Below, one piece after another: positions 40,501 to 49,994 of a stretch of 64,000 nt of DNA. The stretch's first letter is position 1; every line of letters begins with the position of its first letter. The notes under the pieces were generated by a model. The model was not told where the DNA came from and searched no databases. It worked only from the letters and a program-made list of their open reading frames with translations. The position numbers and the translations under genes are program-made. The stretch comes from Gemmatimonadota bacterium (GTDB lineage Bacteria; Gemmatimonadota; Gemmatimonadetes; Gemmatimonadales; GWC2-71-9), in NCBI GenBank assembly GCA_036679645.1, contig JAZDCY010000004.1, positions 1 through 64,000 of the forward strand, read 5' to 3'.

Positions 40501-43500
40501 ATCTCCTGCCCACAGTGATCAACTCCACGACGGGTGAGATCATAACCGATCTCCCGTTGTGTGAACTCGTGCCGGGTGGAGGACTACCGGTGTTTCCCCT
40601 CGGCGATCTCGGCGCGCGATGCACACGCCGGAACGGCATTCCAGACACCGAAGACCTCGACGGTGACACGCGGCTCGATGTGACCGTGGGTAGAGGTAGT
40701 GAGGATGTGCTCCGGTACGTGTTTCCCGTGGGTGACGATCGCTTCTTCGTTCGCACCGGTGGCTCGATCACCGATGGGCGAGGCAAGCGCCTCACATGGA
40801 GGTTGTATCGGATCCCGTTTCGCGAGGATACGCTCCAGATCGGAACGCCAAACATCCGGCAAGTCGAATCGTTGCGGCTCACCGTCGTGGCCCCGGATCG
40901 TGGGGGACAGGAGCAGGAGTTTGCGCTCGCGCTCGCGCGCCTCCGTCTGGTTGGGGCGCCGTGGTTGAAGCGCGCGGCTACGCCGATCGCGGGTATCAGC
41001 GGAAGGGTGGGCGAAACGCACGGTGAGGTCGTGGCGTCTGTAGTGACCACCGAGAACACCGATCTCGGGTACATCTCGCCCCCCGGGATCGGCAACCAGG
41101 CCAATCGTCGCGGAGCGGGTTTCCAGTTGGGGTCGCAACAGATCAACGAGAAGTCCCTTCGGCTGCTGGCGCGCGATCTTCGGATCGGTGAACGGGCGGA
41201 GGCATTCATACGGTTCACCGATGAAGCGGACAAGAACTTCCTGCGTTACGGAAGACTGCGAGTGTGGGCGCGAGGACGCGGGCCCGGATGGGAGGATCAG
41301 GACCTCGAGTTCTTCATCAAGGTGGGGCGTGACGAGGACAACTTCTACATGTACCGCACACCGGCGCGCAGCGTGGATTGGGAGCCGGAGGTGGTCGTCG
41401 ACCTCGACCGCTGGTTGCTGCTCCGGGCCCAGATCGAGTCGGCGTGGCTCCGGGGGGAGCCGCCTTCCGGGGCTGCGGAATGCGGGGGCGACTCGACGGC
41501 GTTCGTGGCGTGCGACGGACCGTACATCGTACACGTGCGTGATCCGGGGGTGTCGCCGCCGAACCTGGCGCGCGTCTCGGAGATCGCCGTCGGCATGCTC
41601 CGTGTGCGGCAGAACGTGTTCGTCGGCCGTGCCGAGGTGTGGGTCGATGACATTCGCCTGAGCGATGTGATAGGAGATGTCGGGGTGGCGGGCGCTATCG
41701 ATGTGCGCCTGCAGGGCGCCGACGTCTTCGATGCGAACTTCGCGTTCAGCACGAAGGACGATCGCTTCCAACAACTAGGTGAAGCCCCGAGCTTCGTCAC
41801 CGACGCGTCGGTCAGCGCCGGCGGGACATTCCGGCTCGAGCGACTCATCCCCGGAGGCAGTCAGTCCTTCAGTCTCCCTATTACCATCCAGCATGTGCGG
41901 TCATCGTCCGATCCGTTCTTCCTGAACCGCACCGACGTGCGAGCCGACGCGCTAGTCGGTCTCCGTCGACCGCGCAGGTCTTCGACGGCGTACACGCTAT
42001 CCTACCGCCGGCTCAGCCGCGGCGACTCCTTTCTCGAGACGGTGTTCGTGGACCCGTTCTCGTTCACGGGCTCGATCCAGAACGCGGACGCCACGACCGA
42101 GTTGAGCGACGCAAAGGCGAGGAATCGCCGGTTCCGACTCGACTACAACAATCTCCCCAGGGCGGTGACGGTGAAAGGCGCCCCGGGGTTTCTGGTCGGG
42201 ATCGTGAACGCCCTACCGGGCTTCGTGCGGAATAGCGAGTTCGGCAAGTCCCTTCGCGCCGCCCGTATGCGGGTCACACCCTTTCAGGTACGCGGTGGCG
42301 CACAACTGATCAACAACCGCACGCGGCGCTTTGCGTATCGCGTGCCGGTTGCGCTGAATTCCGATACAGCCATCCGGCCCCTCGAGAGCATCAACCACAC
42401 ACTACGCACCGACGGGGTGGTTGATATTCGACCGTTCAACACGCTCGCCCTACGGGTATCGTTCGCATCGACCAGGAATCTCCAGGACTACGGAGATGCG
42501 ACAACGATTGGTCGCCTGCTTGCGCGGCAACGGCGCACGTTCGTGGGACAGGACGTGGGCTTCGAGCAACTACGCCAGTTCACGACCGGGCTGACCCTGA
42601 GTCCGACGGTGGCGAGCTGGGTGCGTCCGCGGTTCGTGTTCACGAGCGGGTTCAACTTCAGCCGCGATCCCAACCAGCGCGTGCCCGTCCGACTCGGGAG
42701 CGACTCCGCCGGTGAGTTTCGCCTGCCGGAAACGCTCGCCAACTCACGACGTCGGGAGATTGGAGCGACTGTAACGGTGGGCAACCTGGTTCGTGGGGTG
42801 CTCGGCGACTCGAGTTTCGTGACACGCATCTTTCGCCGCGTCCAACCGATTGACATGGCGGTATCCCGCGCCCTCAGATCGGTCTTCGACCGGCCCCCGT
42901 TCGACGCGGGTTTCCGCTATCAGCTGGCGTTTGGCGGGATCGACGACTTCCGACGACAACGCGGCGTCCTGGCAACGTCTGCCGCGCAGATCGATTCGCG
43001 GACAATAGGTGGGGGCCTGTCCCTTCCGCTCAACGTCACCGTCCGGGCGAACTATCGGAATCAGGAATCGTCCACCTGGTCGCGTCGGGGGTCCGCGGAC
43101 CAGCAGTCGCAGGTGATCCAGCGGACGCGTGAGTGGCCGGCTGGGTCGGTGTCGTGGACGCATAGTCCCAGGTGGTTTGTGCGCAAGCTGATTTCGATAC
43201 TCTCGGTGAATGCGCGGTTGAGCGAGACGCGCACGGAGAACATCCAGGCGGCCCTCGACGGAGAGGGAGCGGATAGCCGGAGAGAGAATCGTACGCGCAC
43301 CGTTGCCCCGTCCGTGACGGTGACATGGAGAGGTGGTGTTGTGACGAGCCTGCAGTTCACGCGATCGGCATCCGATGCCGTGACCTCCGGGAACGTCACC
43401 AAGCGCGATACTCGCGATTGGGGTGCAAACATGACGTTCGCATTCCGACCGCCGCGATCGCTCGTGCGGTTGCGCAATGAGATTCGCAGTACACTTTCCT

Positions 43501-43742
43501 ACAACTCCTCGCTCGTGTCGGTTTGCCTCGTGCGAACCGGATCCGATGAGTGCACATTGGTCTCCGACAGCAGGCGCAGCGCCTTTGACGTCCGGATGGA
43601 CACGGGGTTCTCGTCAGAGGTCCGGGGTGGCTTGAGTTTCTCGTTGATCCAGACAGAACAGCGGCAAACATCGTCCAAGTTCTCGCAGATCGTGCTCACC
43701 GTCTTTGCGGAAGTGTTCTTCCTTACGGGGCAGGTTCGATGA
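37599..43742 (+). CDS. sprA: SprA-like type IX secretion outer-membrane translocon
   Basis: About 2,050 aa; signal peptide ..VSSA|QQ; SprA-like motifs VYYEGLEDEILRRVEVGNV, DYQIDYGVG, DTEDLDGD, WRLYRIP, VWVDDIRL; beta-strand-rich C-terminus; start uncertain (GTG 37599). Confidence 0.8.
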   Translation: MSRLGLAVLAIALLWPRVSSAQQLPQDSLPHLVVRLPVALPPLRLLRVALPGGRLGLRSAPGFVAAMWQRELLERIARARRRRLQQPVRPVGVVQAPEEPEPAEPPPGFPPVGAEGPGEGEREDPLDLLSRYADLGLQLRARFEMKMDRLRNERCTAADAANPISGCQGGFPTPTLDQQFSVRAGGIVGRRIHVNVDFDSEREFSANNNINVYYEGLEDEILRRVEVGNVSFNAPASRFIAAAIPANSFGIQAEAQIGAFEFRTIAAQQKGSQIRSRVFTVGETTTQPIDRESRDLDFEAGRFFFVVDPRTLPGFPAVDILNLPGELLAAAERPTDVRVYRLRAQTARSGTNPNLGGIDAVAVRDDSPQRVGPFPWELLVEGQDYFIDPTGVWFAIRTRVGDQDFLAVSYVTVAGDTVGTFPAVNGQGGAVDTLRLIFEPRRGPEVPTFDHEMRNVYRIGGSDIRRRTLELTLLVNESEQPLDGQGTYLSLLGLAKTTDPSTVDEFNRVFPRSRDPNNGAPIRDLFVIFPHLRPFADSARLQPGEQNDSLYRTPTYLLRTQGPPPKFRLRWHYEAVGAGDRATLSLGALQIRDGSEKLFIGNNELVRNRDYQIDYGVGLVTFTNPDSLFRGPTQIRAQFEENQGFDVAPKSIVGLSTTYDLGARGSISAIGFLQRESSLLTRPQLGFEPQSNFIGGLSTRLQFRPDVLTRALDALPLISTRVPSRLSVNGEIAMSRPNPNEAGEAFLEEFEGSAFRPLSLGENAFQLGSRPFSGRGIPATHLSPFGEFADIDAVPLVWQNTIQVGNEILQFAPQAIDSSIVLSGAALDLETVLWLSLKPDTIGGAPDPVTGRPRWFRQHTSGARWRSISQPLGGSGIGVDLSTREFLEFWVLEDVERQAKQENALLVFDFGTVFEDAVAFGPDGFTVAGNDTVFTGFQFIGQGRLDTERDTVTNVFNAALNDIGIHGDLLPTVINSTTGEIITDLPLCELVPGGGLPVFPLGDLGARCTRRNGIPDTEDLDGDTRLDVTVGRGSEDVLRYVFPVGDDRFFVRTGGSITDGRGKRLTWRLYRIPFREDTLQIGTPNIRQVESLRLTVVAPDRGGQEQEFALALARLRLVGAPWLKRAATPIAGISGRVGETHGEVVASVVTTENTDLGYISPPGIGNQANRRGAGFQLGSQQINEKSLRLLARDLRIGERAEAFIRFTDEADKNFLRYGRLRVWARGRGPGWEDQDLEFFIKVGRDEDNFYMYRTPARSVDWEPEVVVDLDRWLLLRAQIESAWLRGEPPSGAAECGGDSTAFVACDGPYIVHVRDPGVSPPNLARVSEIAVGMLRVRQNVFVGRAEVWVDDIRLSDVIGDVGVAGAIDVRLQGADVFDANFAFSTKDDRFQQLGEAPSFVTDASVSAGGTFRLERLIPGGSQSFSLPITIQHVRSSSDPFFLNRTDVRADALVGLRRPRRSSTAYTLSYRRLSRGDSFLETVFVDPFSFTGSIQNADATTELSDAKARNRRFRLDYNNLPRAVTVKGAPGFLVGIVNALPGFVRNSEFGKSLRAARMRVTPFQVRGGAQLINNRTRRFAYRVPVALNSDTAIRPLESINHTLRTDGVVDIRPFNTLALRVSFASTRNLQDYGDATTIGRLLARQRRTFVGQDVGFEQLRQFTTGLTLSPTVASWVRPRFVFTSGFNFSRDPNQRVPVRLGSDSAGEFRLPETLANSRRREIGATVTVGNLVRGVLGDSSFVTRIFRRVQPIDMAVSRALRSVFDRPPFDAGFRYQLAFGGIDDFRRQRGVLATSAAQIDSRTIGGGLSLPLNVTVRANYRNQESSTWSRRGSADQQSQVIQRTREWPAGSVSWTHSPRWFVRKLISILSVNARLSETRTENIQAALDGEGADSRRENRTRTVAPSVTVTWRGGVVTSLQFTRSASDAVTSGNVTKRDTRDWGANMTFAFRPPRSLVRLRNEIRSTLSYNSSLVSVCLVRTGSDECTLVSDSRRSAFDVRMDTGFSSEVRGGLSFSLIQTEQRQTSSKFSQIVLTVFAEVFFLTGQVR

Positions 43743-44641
43743 AGCGACAGCTCTCTCTCCTCGGCGTCGCCGTTTTGGGCGCCTGCGGCGCTGGGCGCGG
43801 TCCGCAGACAGCCTTCGACGGCGAAGCGGCCTACGGGTACGTCCAGCAGCAGGTTGCCTTCGGGCCGCGCGTCCCGAATACGAGTGCCCACGAGCGCACC
43901 GGTGACTGGATCCTGAATCACCTGCGCGGGACCGTGGACTCGGTGGAAGTGCAGGCCTTTGAGCACGTCACGCAGGACGGAGATACGCTGCACCTGCGAA
44001 ATCTCATTGGCCGGTTCCGACCGGATGAGACGGCTCGTGTGTTGTTCGTGGCACACTGGGACACGCGACCCATGTCGGACCAGGCGCCCAACCTCGGCGA
44101 TCAGCGGACCCCGGTTCCTGGGGCCAACGACGGTGCCTCTGGCGTAGCCGTTCTCCTGGGTGTGGCGGATGTACTTGCCCAGACGGCCCCGGCCTTCGGT
44201 GTGGACTTGCTCTTTGTGGACGGAGAGGACTACAGCGATTTTTCCGGGCCGGATGTACTGATTGGGTCGCGGTACTACGCGTCGGGAGCCGACCCAACCC
44301 GCCTCCCGCTGTTTGCCGTGGTGTGGGACATGATCGGAGATGCCGATCTCGAGATCTCCCAGGAGGCGAACTCCGTCAACCTGGCGCCCGAGGTCGTGAA
44401 CCGCGTTTGGGCGACTGCCCAGCGGCTCGGATACGGCGACATATTTGTGCACCGGGTTGGGACGCCGATTACCGACGACCACATGCCCCTCCTCGAGGTC
44501 GGCATTCGCGCCATCGACGTCATCGACTTCCGCTACGGACCGTCAAACAGATACTGGCACACGCCTCAGGACACTCCCGACAAAGTCAGCGCGGCAAGCC
44601 TGCAGGTGATCGGTGACGTGGCGGTCGCTCTGGTGATGTAG
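43739..44641 (+). CDS. M28-fold lipoprotein, glutaminyl cyclase-like
   Basis: Lipobox LGA-C; FGPRVPNT, AHWDTRP, GANDGASG, DGEDY, DMIG, TDDH and YWHT motifs. Confidence 0.8.
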   Translation: MKRQLSLLGVAVLGACGAGRGPQTAFDGEAAYGYVQQQVAFGPRVPNTSAHERTGDWILNHLRGTVDSVEVQAFEHVTQDGDTLHLRNLIGRFRPDETARVLFVAHWDTRPMSDQAPNLGDQRTPVPGANDGASGVAVLLGVADVLAQTAPAFGVDLLFVDGEDYSDFSGPDVLIGSRYYASGADPTRLPLFAVVWDMIGDADLEISQEANSVNLAPEVVNRVWATAQRLGYGDIFVHRVGTPITDDHMPLLEVGIRAIDVIDFRYGPSNRYWHTPQDTPDKVSAASLQVIGDVAVALVM

Positions 44642-44738
44642 CGGGGGGCGGGGGACCGCAATTCCCTTCGTCATTTCGGTCGTATCCGTAGAGAAAATGA
44701 TGACGTAGCAGTCGGTGTCACGTGCCAACATTCCCAAC

Positions 44739-45353
44739 ATGGCCACAACCGACGACCGTCGTGCCGCGGGCGTCCTCCTGGCGCTCGCCATAGCCGGGCT
44801 CCTGGTCCGTATCGTGACTGGCGACACGGCTCCTCCGGGCGCAATCGGGTATCGTCCGGCCGCCGCGGCGCGGCCCCAGGCTGACTCGCTGGCCTCCCGC
44901 GCGGGGCGGCTGCTGCGACCGCTGCGTCCCGGTGAAAAGGTCGATGTCGATGTGGCTCGTGCTGAAGAACTCGCGCGTCTACCGCGCATAGGTGCGGGCC
45001 TCGCGGCCCGAATCGTCGCCGATCGGGAGGCTAACGGGCCTTTCGGGAGCCTGGAAGGCCTCGGGCGAGTACCCGGGATCGGCGGTCGGAGCCTGGAGGT
45101 GCTGCGGCCAAAGGTCGCGTTTTCCAGGCGGGTGCGGCGGCAGACGCCGGATCGTCCCGCACGGGTCCGCGTGAATGTCGCGACCGCGGTGGAGCTGGAA
45201 AGGCTGCCGGGTATCGGCCCGGCGCTGGCGGCGGCGATCGTAGACGAGCGAACGCGGAACGGTCCGTTCCGGCGCCCAGATGATCTGGCGCGGGTGCGTG
45301 GAATAGGGGCTCGATTGGTTGCGAGGTTGCGAGGGCGTATCCTCCTACCTTGA
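44739..45353 (+). CDS. comEA: ComEA-family DNA-binding protein with two HhH domains
   Basis: Two copies of V.V.VA...EL.RLP.IG..LA..IV..R..NGPF..L.RV.GIG; N-terminal TM. Confidence 0.85.
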   Translation: MATTDDRRAAGVLLALAIAGLLVRIVTGDTAPPGAIGYRPAAAARPQADSLASRAGRLLRPLRPGEKVDVDVARAEELARLPRIGAGLAARIVADREANGPFGSLEGLGRVPGIGGRSLEVLRPKVAFSRRVRRQTPDRPARVRVNVATAVELERLPGIGPALAAAIVDERTRNGPFRRPDDLARVRGIGARLVARLRGRILLP

Positions 45354-45377
45354 CACAACCTAGGGGTCCCCTACTTT
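45350..45377 (+). promoter_or_regulatory. Putative sigma70 promoter for pilB
   Basis: TTGACA-16-TACTTT. Confidence 0.45.
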
Positions 45378-45411
45378 ACCGAAACGCCTCTCAAATTCCT
45401 CCCTGGTGGCT

Positions 45412-47118
45412 ATGGCAACAGCGGCTGCAAGCTCGGTGCGGTTGGGTGATCTTCTTCAACGCGAAGGTCTCATCACCCGTGATCAACTGAATCAGGCACT
45501 CACCGAACAGCGCAACACCGGCATGCGGCTGGGCTACTGCCTGGTCAAGTTGGGGTTCGTCCAGGAGACGGAGATCACCAAGGCGCTGGCACGCCAGTAC
45601 CGTATGCCCGCCGTTGACCTCTCCCGTTTCGAGGTCGACACCAAGATTGTGAAGCTCGTGCCGGCGGAAGTCGCGGTGAAGCACATGGTCCTCCCCCTGA
45701 AGCGCGAGGGCCGGACGCTCACCGTCGCCATGGCCGATCCCACCAACGTCGGCGCGGTGGACGATCTCAAGTTCATCACCCGGTACGACATTTTCCCGGT
45801 CATCGCGGGCGAGTACACGCTCCGCTCCGCCATCGAGCGATACTACGAGCAGACCGACGCGCAACTGCAGAGCCTGCTCAAGGACATGGAGGAGGAAGAT
45901 GAACTCGAGATCGTCGAGGAAGAGGAAGACGAACAGCCGGTCCAGCTCGGTGACGATGCGCCGGTAGTGAAGCTCATCAACGGTATCCTCTCCGATGCCG
46001 TGAAGCGCGGGGCAAGCGATATCCATATTGAGCCGTTCGAGCACGAAATGCGGGTCCGGTATCGCATCGATGGTGCCCTGCTGGAGGTCATGAAGCCGCC
46101 GGTGAAGCTCAAGGCTGCCCTCATCAGTCGTGTGAAGATCATGTCGGCGCTCAACATCGCGGAGCGGCGCGTGCCGCAGGACGGGCGCATCAAGTTGAAG
46201 ATGGGGAAACGCGTCATCGATTTCCGGGTGTCCACGCTTCCCGTTATTTACGGCGAGAAGATCGTGCTCCGAATCCTCGACAAGTCGAACCTGACCCTCG
46301 ATCTGACGAAGTTCGGTTTTGAGCCGCAGGCGGAGAAAGATCTGATGAAGGCCATCCTGAACCCGTACGGCATGGTGCTCGTCACCGGGCCAACGGGGTC
46401 GGGGAAGACCACGACGCTGTATTCCGCGCTCCAGCGGATCAACACCATTGAGGTCAACATCATGACAGCGGAAGATCCGGTGGAGTACAACCTCCACGGG
46501 ATCAACCAGGTGTTGGTGCGCAATGAGATCGGGATGACGTTCGCGGCAGCCCTCAAAGCGTTCCTGCGGCAGGATCCGAACATCATCATGGTCGGGGAGA
46601 TTCGAGATATCGAGACGGGCAGCATTGCCATCAAGGCGGCCCTGACCGGTCACCTTGTCTTATCGACGCTCCATACCAACGATGCGCCGTCCACGGTCAC
46701 CCGTATGATCGACATGGGGATCGAGCCGTTCAACGTGGCGAGTGCCGTGAATCTCATCGTCGCGCAACGGCTGATACGGCGCATCTGCAGCGATTGCAAG
46801 GCCGAACACAAGTATACCGACGAAGAACTGGCCGCACTCGGCGCGAACACGAAGGAGTTCGAGGGGATTACCTTCTACAAGGGTACCGGATGCGATACGT
46901 GCGGTGATAGCGGGTATCGTGGGCGGGCGGGGCTGTACGAGGTGATGTCGTTGTCTGCGGAACTCCGGCGACTGATCTTGCGCGGTGGGTCCACCGCGGA
47001 AATGACCGAGCAGGCGGTGAGCGATGGCATGCTCACGCTCCGAATGGACGGCTTGGTGAAAATCAAGAAGGGTGTGACAACTCTCGAGGAAGTCGTCAAG
47101 GAGACGGCGGCGGGGTAA
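45412..47118 (+). CDS. pilB: Type IV pilus assembly ATPase PilB
   Basis: MshEN-like RLGDLL..LG, GPTGSGKTT, LRQDP, HTND, two CxxC motifs. Confidence 0.95.
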   Translation: MATAAASSVRLGDLLQREGLITRDQLNQALTEQRNTGMRLGYCLVKLGFVQETEITKALARQYRMPAVDLSRFEVDTKIVKLVPAEVAVKHMVLPLKREGRTLTVAMADPTNVGAVDDLKFITRYDIFPVIAGEYTLRSAIERYYEQTDAQLQSLLKDMEEEDELEIVEEEEDEQPVQLGDDAPVVKLINGILSDAVKRGASDIHIEPFEHEMRVRYRIDGALLEVMKPPVKLKAALISRVKIMSALNIAERRVPQDGRIKLKMGKRVIDFRVSTLPVIYGEKIVLRILDKSNLTLDLTKFGFEPQAEKDLMKAILNPYGMVLVTGPTGSGKTTTLYSALQRINTIEVNIMTAEDPVEYNLHGINQVLVRNEIGMTFAAALKAFLRQDPNIIMVGEIRDIETGSIAIKAALTGHLVLSTLHTNDAPSTVTRMIDMGIEPFNVASAVNLIVAQRLIRRICSDCKAEHKYTDEELAALGANTKEFEGITFYKGTGCDTCGDSGYRGRAGLYEVMSLSAELRRLILRGGSTAEMTEQAVSDGMLTLRMDGLVKIKKGVTTLEEVVKETAAG

Positions 47119-47125
47119 GAACTGA

Positions 47126-48268
47126 ATGACCACTCCAGGAGCCGAGGCCGCAGGTCAGGCCATCAATCTACGTTCGCTGCTCGAGGAAATGATCGAGCGC
47201 GACGCATCTGATTTGCACATTACGGCCGGCGAACGGCCCAAATTCCGCATAGATGGCCAGATTACCAACTCGAAGGTCGAGCACCAGCTCAATCCCAAGG
47301 AGACGCTGCAACTCGCGTATTCGGTGCTCACCGAGAACCAGAAGAAACGGTTCGAGACCGAAGACGAGTTGGACTTCTCGTTCGGGATCCAGAACCTCGC
47401 CCGCTTCCGCGGCAACGTGTTCAAGCAGCGCGGCTGCGTGTCGATGGTGATTCGACAGATCCCGTTCTCGGTGAAGACTTTCGACGAGTTGGGGCTGCCG
47501 CATGTGCTCGCGGAGCTGTCGAACCGGCCGCGCGGCCTCGTCCTCGTCACGGGCCCCACGGGATCGGGGAAGTCCACGACGCTCGCCGCGATGATCGACA
47601 AGATCAACAAGGAACGGAAAGGGCACATCATCACGGTGGAAGATCCCATCGAGTTCATCCACCGGCACCAGGGATGCATCGTCAACCAGCGGGAGATCGG
47701 GACCGACACCCATTCGTTCAGCAACGCGCTGAAATACGCCCTGCGGCAGGATCCGGATGTCGTGCTCATTGGCGAGATGCGGGACCTGGAGACGATTTCC
47801 TCCGCGCTGACCATTGCCGAGACGGGACACCTCGCCTTCGCGACGCTCCATACGAACTCGGCAGCAGAGTCGATCAATAGAATCATCGACGTGTTCCCGG
47901 CGCATCAGCAGTCTCAGGTCCGCGCGCAACTTGCATTCGTGCTCGAGGGTGTGGTCACACAGATCTTGCTCCAAAAGGCGTCCGGCAAGGGTCGGCAGAT
48001 GGCGTCGGAGATCATGGTGGCGACGCCGGCTATCCGCGCCCTGATCCGCGACGACAAGGTCCACCAGATCTACTCGGCAATGCAGGCGGGGAAGAAGCAC
48101 GGCATGCAGACGCTGGCCGATTCGTTGTATACGTTGTACATGTCGCGCGAGGTGGCACTCGAGGAGTGTCTGCGTGTCGCGCCCGACCAGAACGAATTTC
48201 TCCGCATGGTCGGCGAACTGCCCGAAAAAGACAAGGGCGGTCGCCAAGCCATGGCGGGACGCCGCTAA
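47126..48268 (+). CDS. pilT: Type IV pilus retraction ATPase PilT
   Basis: ASDLHI, GPTGSGKST, AETGHL, AIRALIRD and GMQT motifs. Confidence 0.95.
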   Translation: MTTPGAEAAGQAINLRSLLEEMIERDASDLHITAGERPKFRIDGQITNSKVEHQLNPKETLQLAYSVLTENQKKRFETEDELDFSFGIQNLARFRGNVFKQRGCVSMVIRQIPFSVKTFDELGLPHVLAELSNRPRGLVLVTGPTGSGKSTTLAAMIDKINKERKGHIITVEDPIEFIHRHQGCIVNQREIGTDTHSFSNALKYALRQDPDVVLIGEMRDLETISSALTIAETGHLAFATLHTNSAAESINRIIDVFPAHQQSQVRAQLAFVLEGVVTQILLQKASGKGRQMASEIMVATPAIRALIRDDKVHQIYSAMQAGKKHGMQTLADSLYTLYMSREVALEECLRVAPDQNEFLRMVGELPEKDKGGRQAMAGRR

Positions 48269-48286
48269 CCGCGAGGGAGACGCCGG

Positions 48287-49477
48287 ATGCCCACCTTCGA
48301 GTACACGGCTCGGACCCAACAGGGCGAAGAGACCACCGGGACGATGGATGCGGCGTCCCGAGACGAAGTCGTATCGGAACTTCGCAAGAGGCGCATGGTG
48401 CTGGTCCGCCTGCGCGAAGCGAAGAAGACCAAGCGGCGCGGCCGTGTCCCGACCCGCGACATCGTCATCTTCACTCGCCAGTTCGCGACGATGATCAATT
48501 CCGGGCTCCCGCTCGTGCAGGCTCTCGACATCCTCGCGCAGCAAACGGACAACAAGATCCTATCGGAAGTCACTAAGGAGGTCGTGTATGACGTCGAGAG
48601 CGGAAATACGCTGGCAGACGCGCTCTCGAAACACAAGAACGCCTTTACCGATCTCTTTGTGAACATGGTGGCGGCTGGTGAGGCCGGCGGTATCCTCGAT
48701 ACGATCCTGCTCCGCCTGGCGACCTTCCTCGAGAAAAACGACGCCATCGTCCGGAAGGTGAAGGGCGCGATGATCTACCCGACCGTGATCTTCTCGGTCG
48801 CCGGTATCGCGGTCGTGGTCCTCCTGGTGTTCGTCATCCCTACCTTTCAGCAGATGTTTGCGTCGGTGAACATGGAGCTGCCCATCCCGACCAAGATCGT
48901 CATCGCGATGAGCGAGTTTCTCCAGGGCTATTGGTGGGCCCTCATCGTCGGCGGTGTTGCGGGCGCGTGGGCCCTCCGGCAGTACTACGCCACCGATGGC
49001 GGCAAGCTGGTCATCGATCGACTCATGTTGAGCGCGCCGGTCCTCGGCGACCTCCTGCGAAAGTCAGCGGTGTCGCGGTTTACGCGTACGCTGGGCACGC
49101 TGATTTCGTCGGGTGTCTCCATTCTCGACGGGCTGGAGATTACCGCCCGAACGGCGGGCAACCGTGTCATTCACGACGCGGTCATGGAATCCCGCGGTTC
49201 CATCGCGGGCGGTGAGACGATCGCGTCACCGCTGCAGAAATCCGGCGTGTTCCCACCTATGGTCACTTCGATGATCGCCGTCGGCGAGGCCACGGGCGGG
49301 CTCGACGAGATGCTGACGAAGATTGCCGACTTTTACGATGACGAGGTGGACGCGGCGGTGGGCGCCCTGCTGTCGCTCATGGAGCCCATCATGATCGTCG
49401 TGCTGGGTGTGATCGTTGGCGGCATGATCGTGGCCATGTACCTGCCGATCTTCGGCATGATCAACGCCGTGCAATAA
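48287..49477 (+). CDS. pilC: Type IV pilus platform protein PilC
   Basis: FTRQFATM, AGEAGG, AMIYP, VGEATG and MYLPIF motifs. Confidence 0.95.
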   Translation: MPTFEYTARTQQGEETTGTMDAASRDEVVSELRKRRMVLVRLREAKKTKRRGRVPTRDIVIFTRQFATMINSGLPLVQALDILAQQTDNKILSEVTKEVVYDVESGNTLADALSKHKNAFTDLFVNMVAAGEAGGILDTILLRLATFLEKNDAIVRKVKGAMIYPTVIFSVAGIAVVVLLVFVIPTFQQMFASVNMELPIPTKIVIAMSEFLQGYWWALIVGGVAGAWALRQYYATDGGKLVIDRLMLSAPVLGDLLRKSAVSRFTRTLGTLISSGVSILDGLEITARTAGNRVIHDAVMESRGSIAGGETIASPLQKSGVFPPMVTSMIAVGEATGGLDEMLTKIADFYDDEVDAAVGALLSLMEPIMIVVLGVIVGGMIVAMYLPIFGMINAVQ

Positions 49478-49574
49478 GACGCTCAGACACATAGACGCTC
49501 AGACGCTCAGGGGTGCACTTCGAACACCTCTGAGCGTTTGTGAATCTGAGCAACTGAGCGTCTGAGCAATTGAG
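49477..49574. repeat. Octamer-periodic inverted repeat element (AGACGCTC / CTGAGCGT)
   Basis: Four 8-nt units on the left, central stem CTCAGGGGTG/CACCTCTGAG, five complementary-type 8-nt units on the right. Confidence 0.8.
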
Positions 49575-49994
49575 ATGACCAAGATCGAGAAATCGGAAGC
49601 CGAGTGGGCTCGGCAGCTCACGCCCGAGCAGTATCATGTGACCCGTGAGAAGGGAACGGAACGCCCGTTCGCCGGTGCGTACTGCAGCGAGAAGGCGGCC
49701 GGGACGTATCGGTGTGTCTGCTGTGGCGCGGCTCTGTTCCGGTCCGACGCCAAGTACGAATCGGGGACCGGATGGCCCAGCTTCTACGAGCCAGAGGACG
49801 GGGCATCGGTGACGACGGAACCGGATGGCACTCTAGGCATGCACCGTACCGAGGTGCTCTGCGCTTGGTGCGATGCGCACCTGGGACACGTCTTTCCGGA
49901 CGGGCCGCATCCGACGGGATTGCGGTACTGCATCAACTCAGCCGCACTCAACTTGGATAGGCTGGACGAAAGAAAGGACGAGGGAGAACGATGA
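49575..49994 (+). CDS. msrB: Peptide-methionine (R)-S-oxide reductase
   Basis: [23 protein letters not shown] and RYCINS motifs; two zinc CxxC. Confidence 0.95.
   Translation: MTKIEKSEAEWARQLTPEQYHVTREKGTERPFAGAYCSEKAAGTYRCVCCGAALFRSDAKYESGTGWPSFYEPEDGASVTTEPDGTLGMHRTEVLCAWCDAHLGHVFPDGPHPTGLRYCINSAALNLDRLDERKDEGER

Noticed and set aside
49477..49574. CRISPR array
   Set aside because: Units are 8 nt, inverted, with no unique spacers; no cas genes in the window
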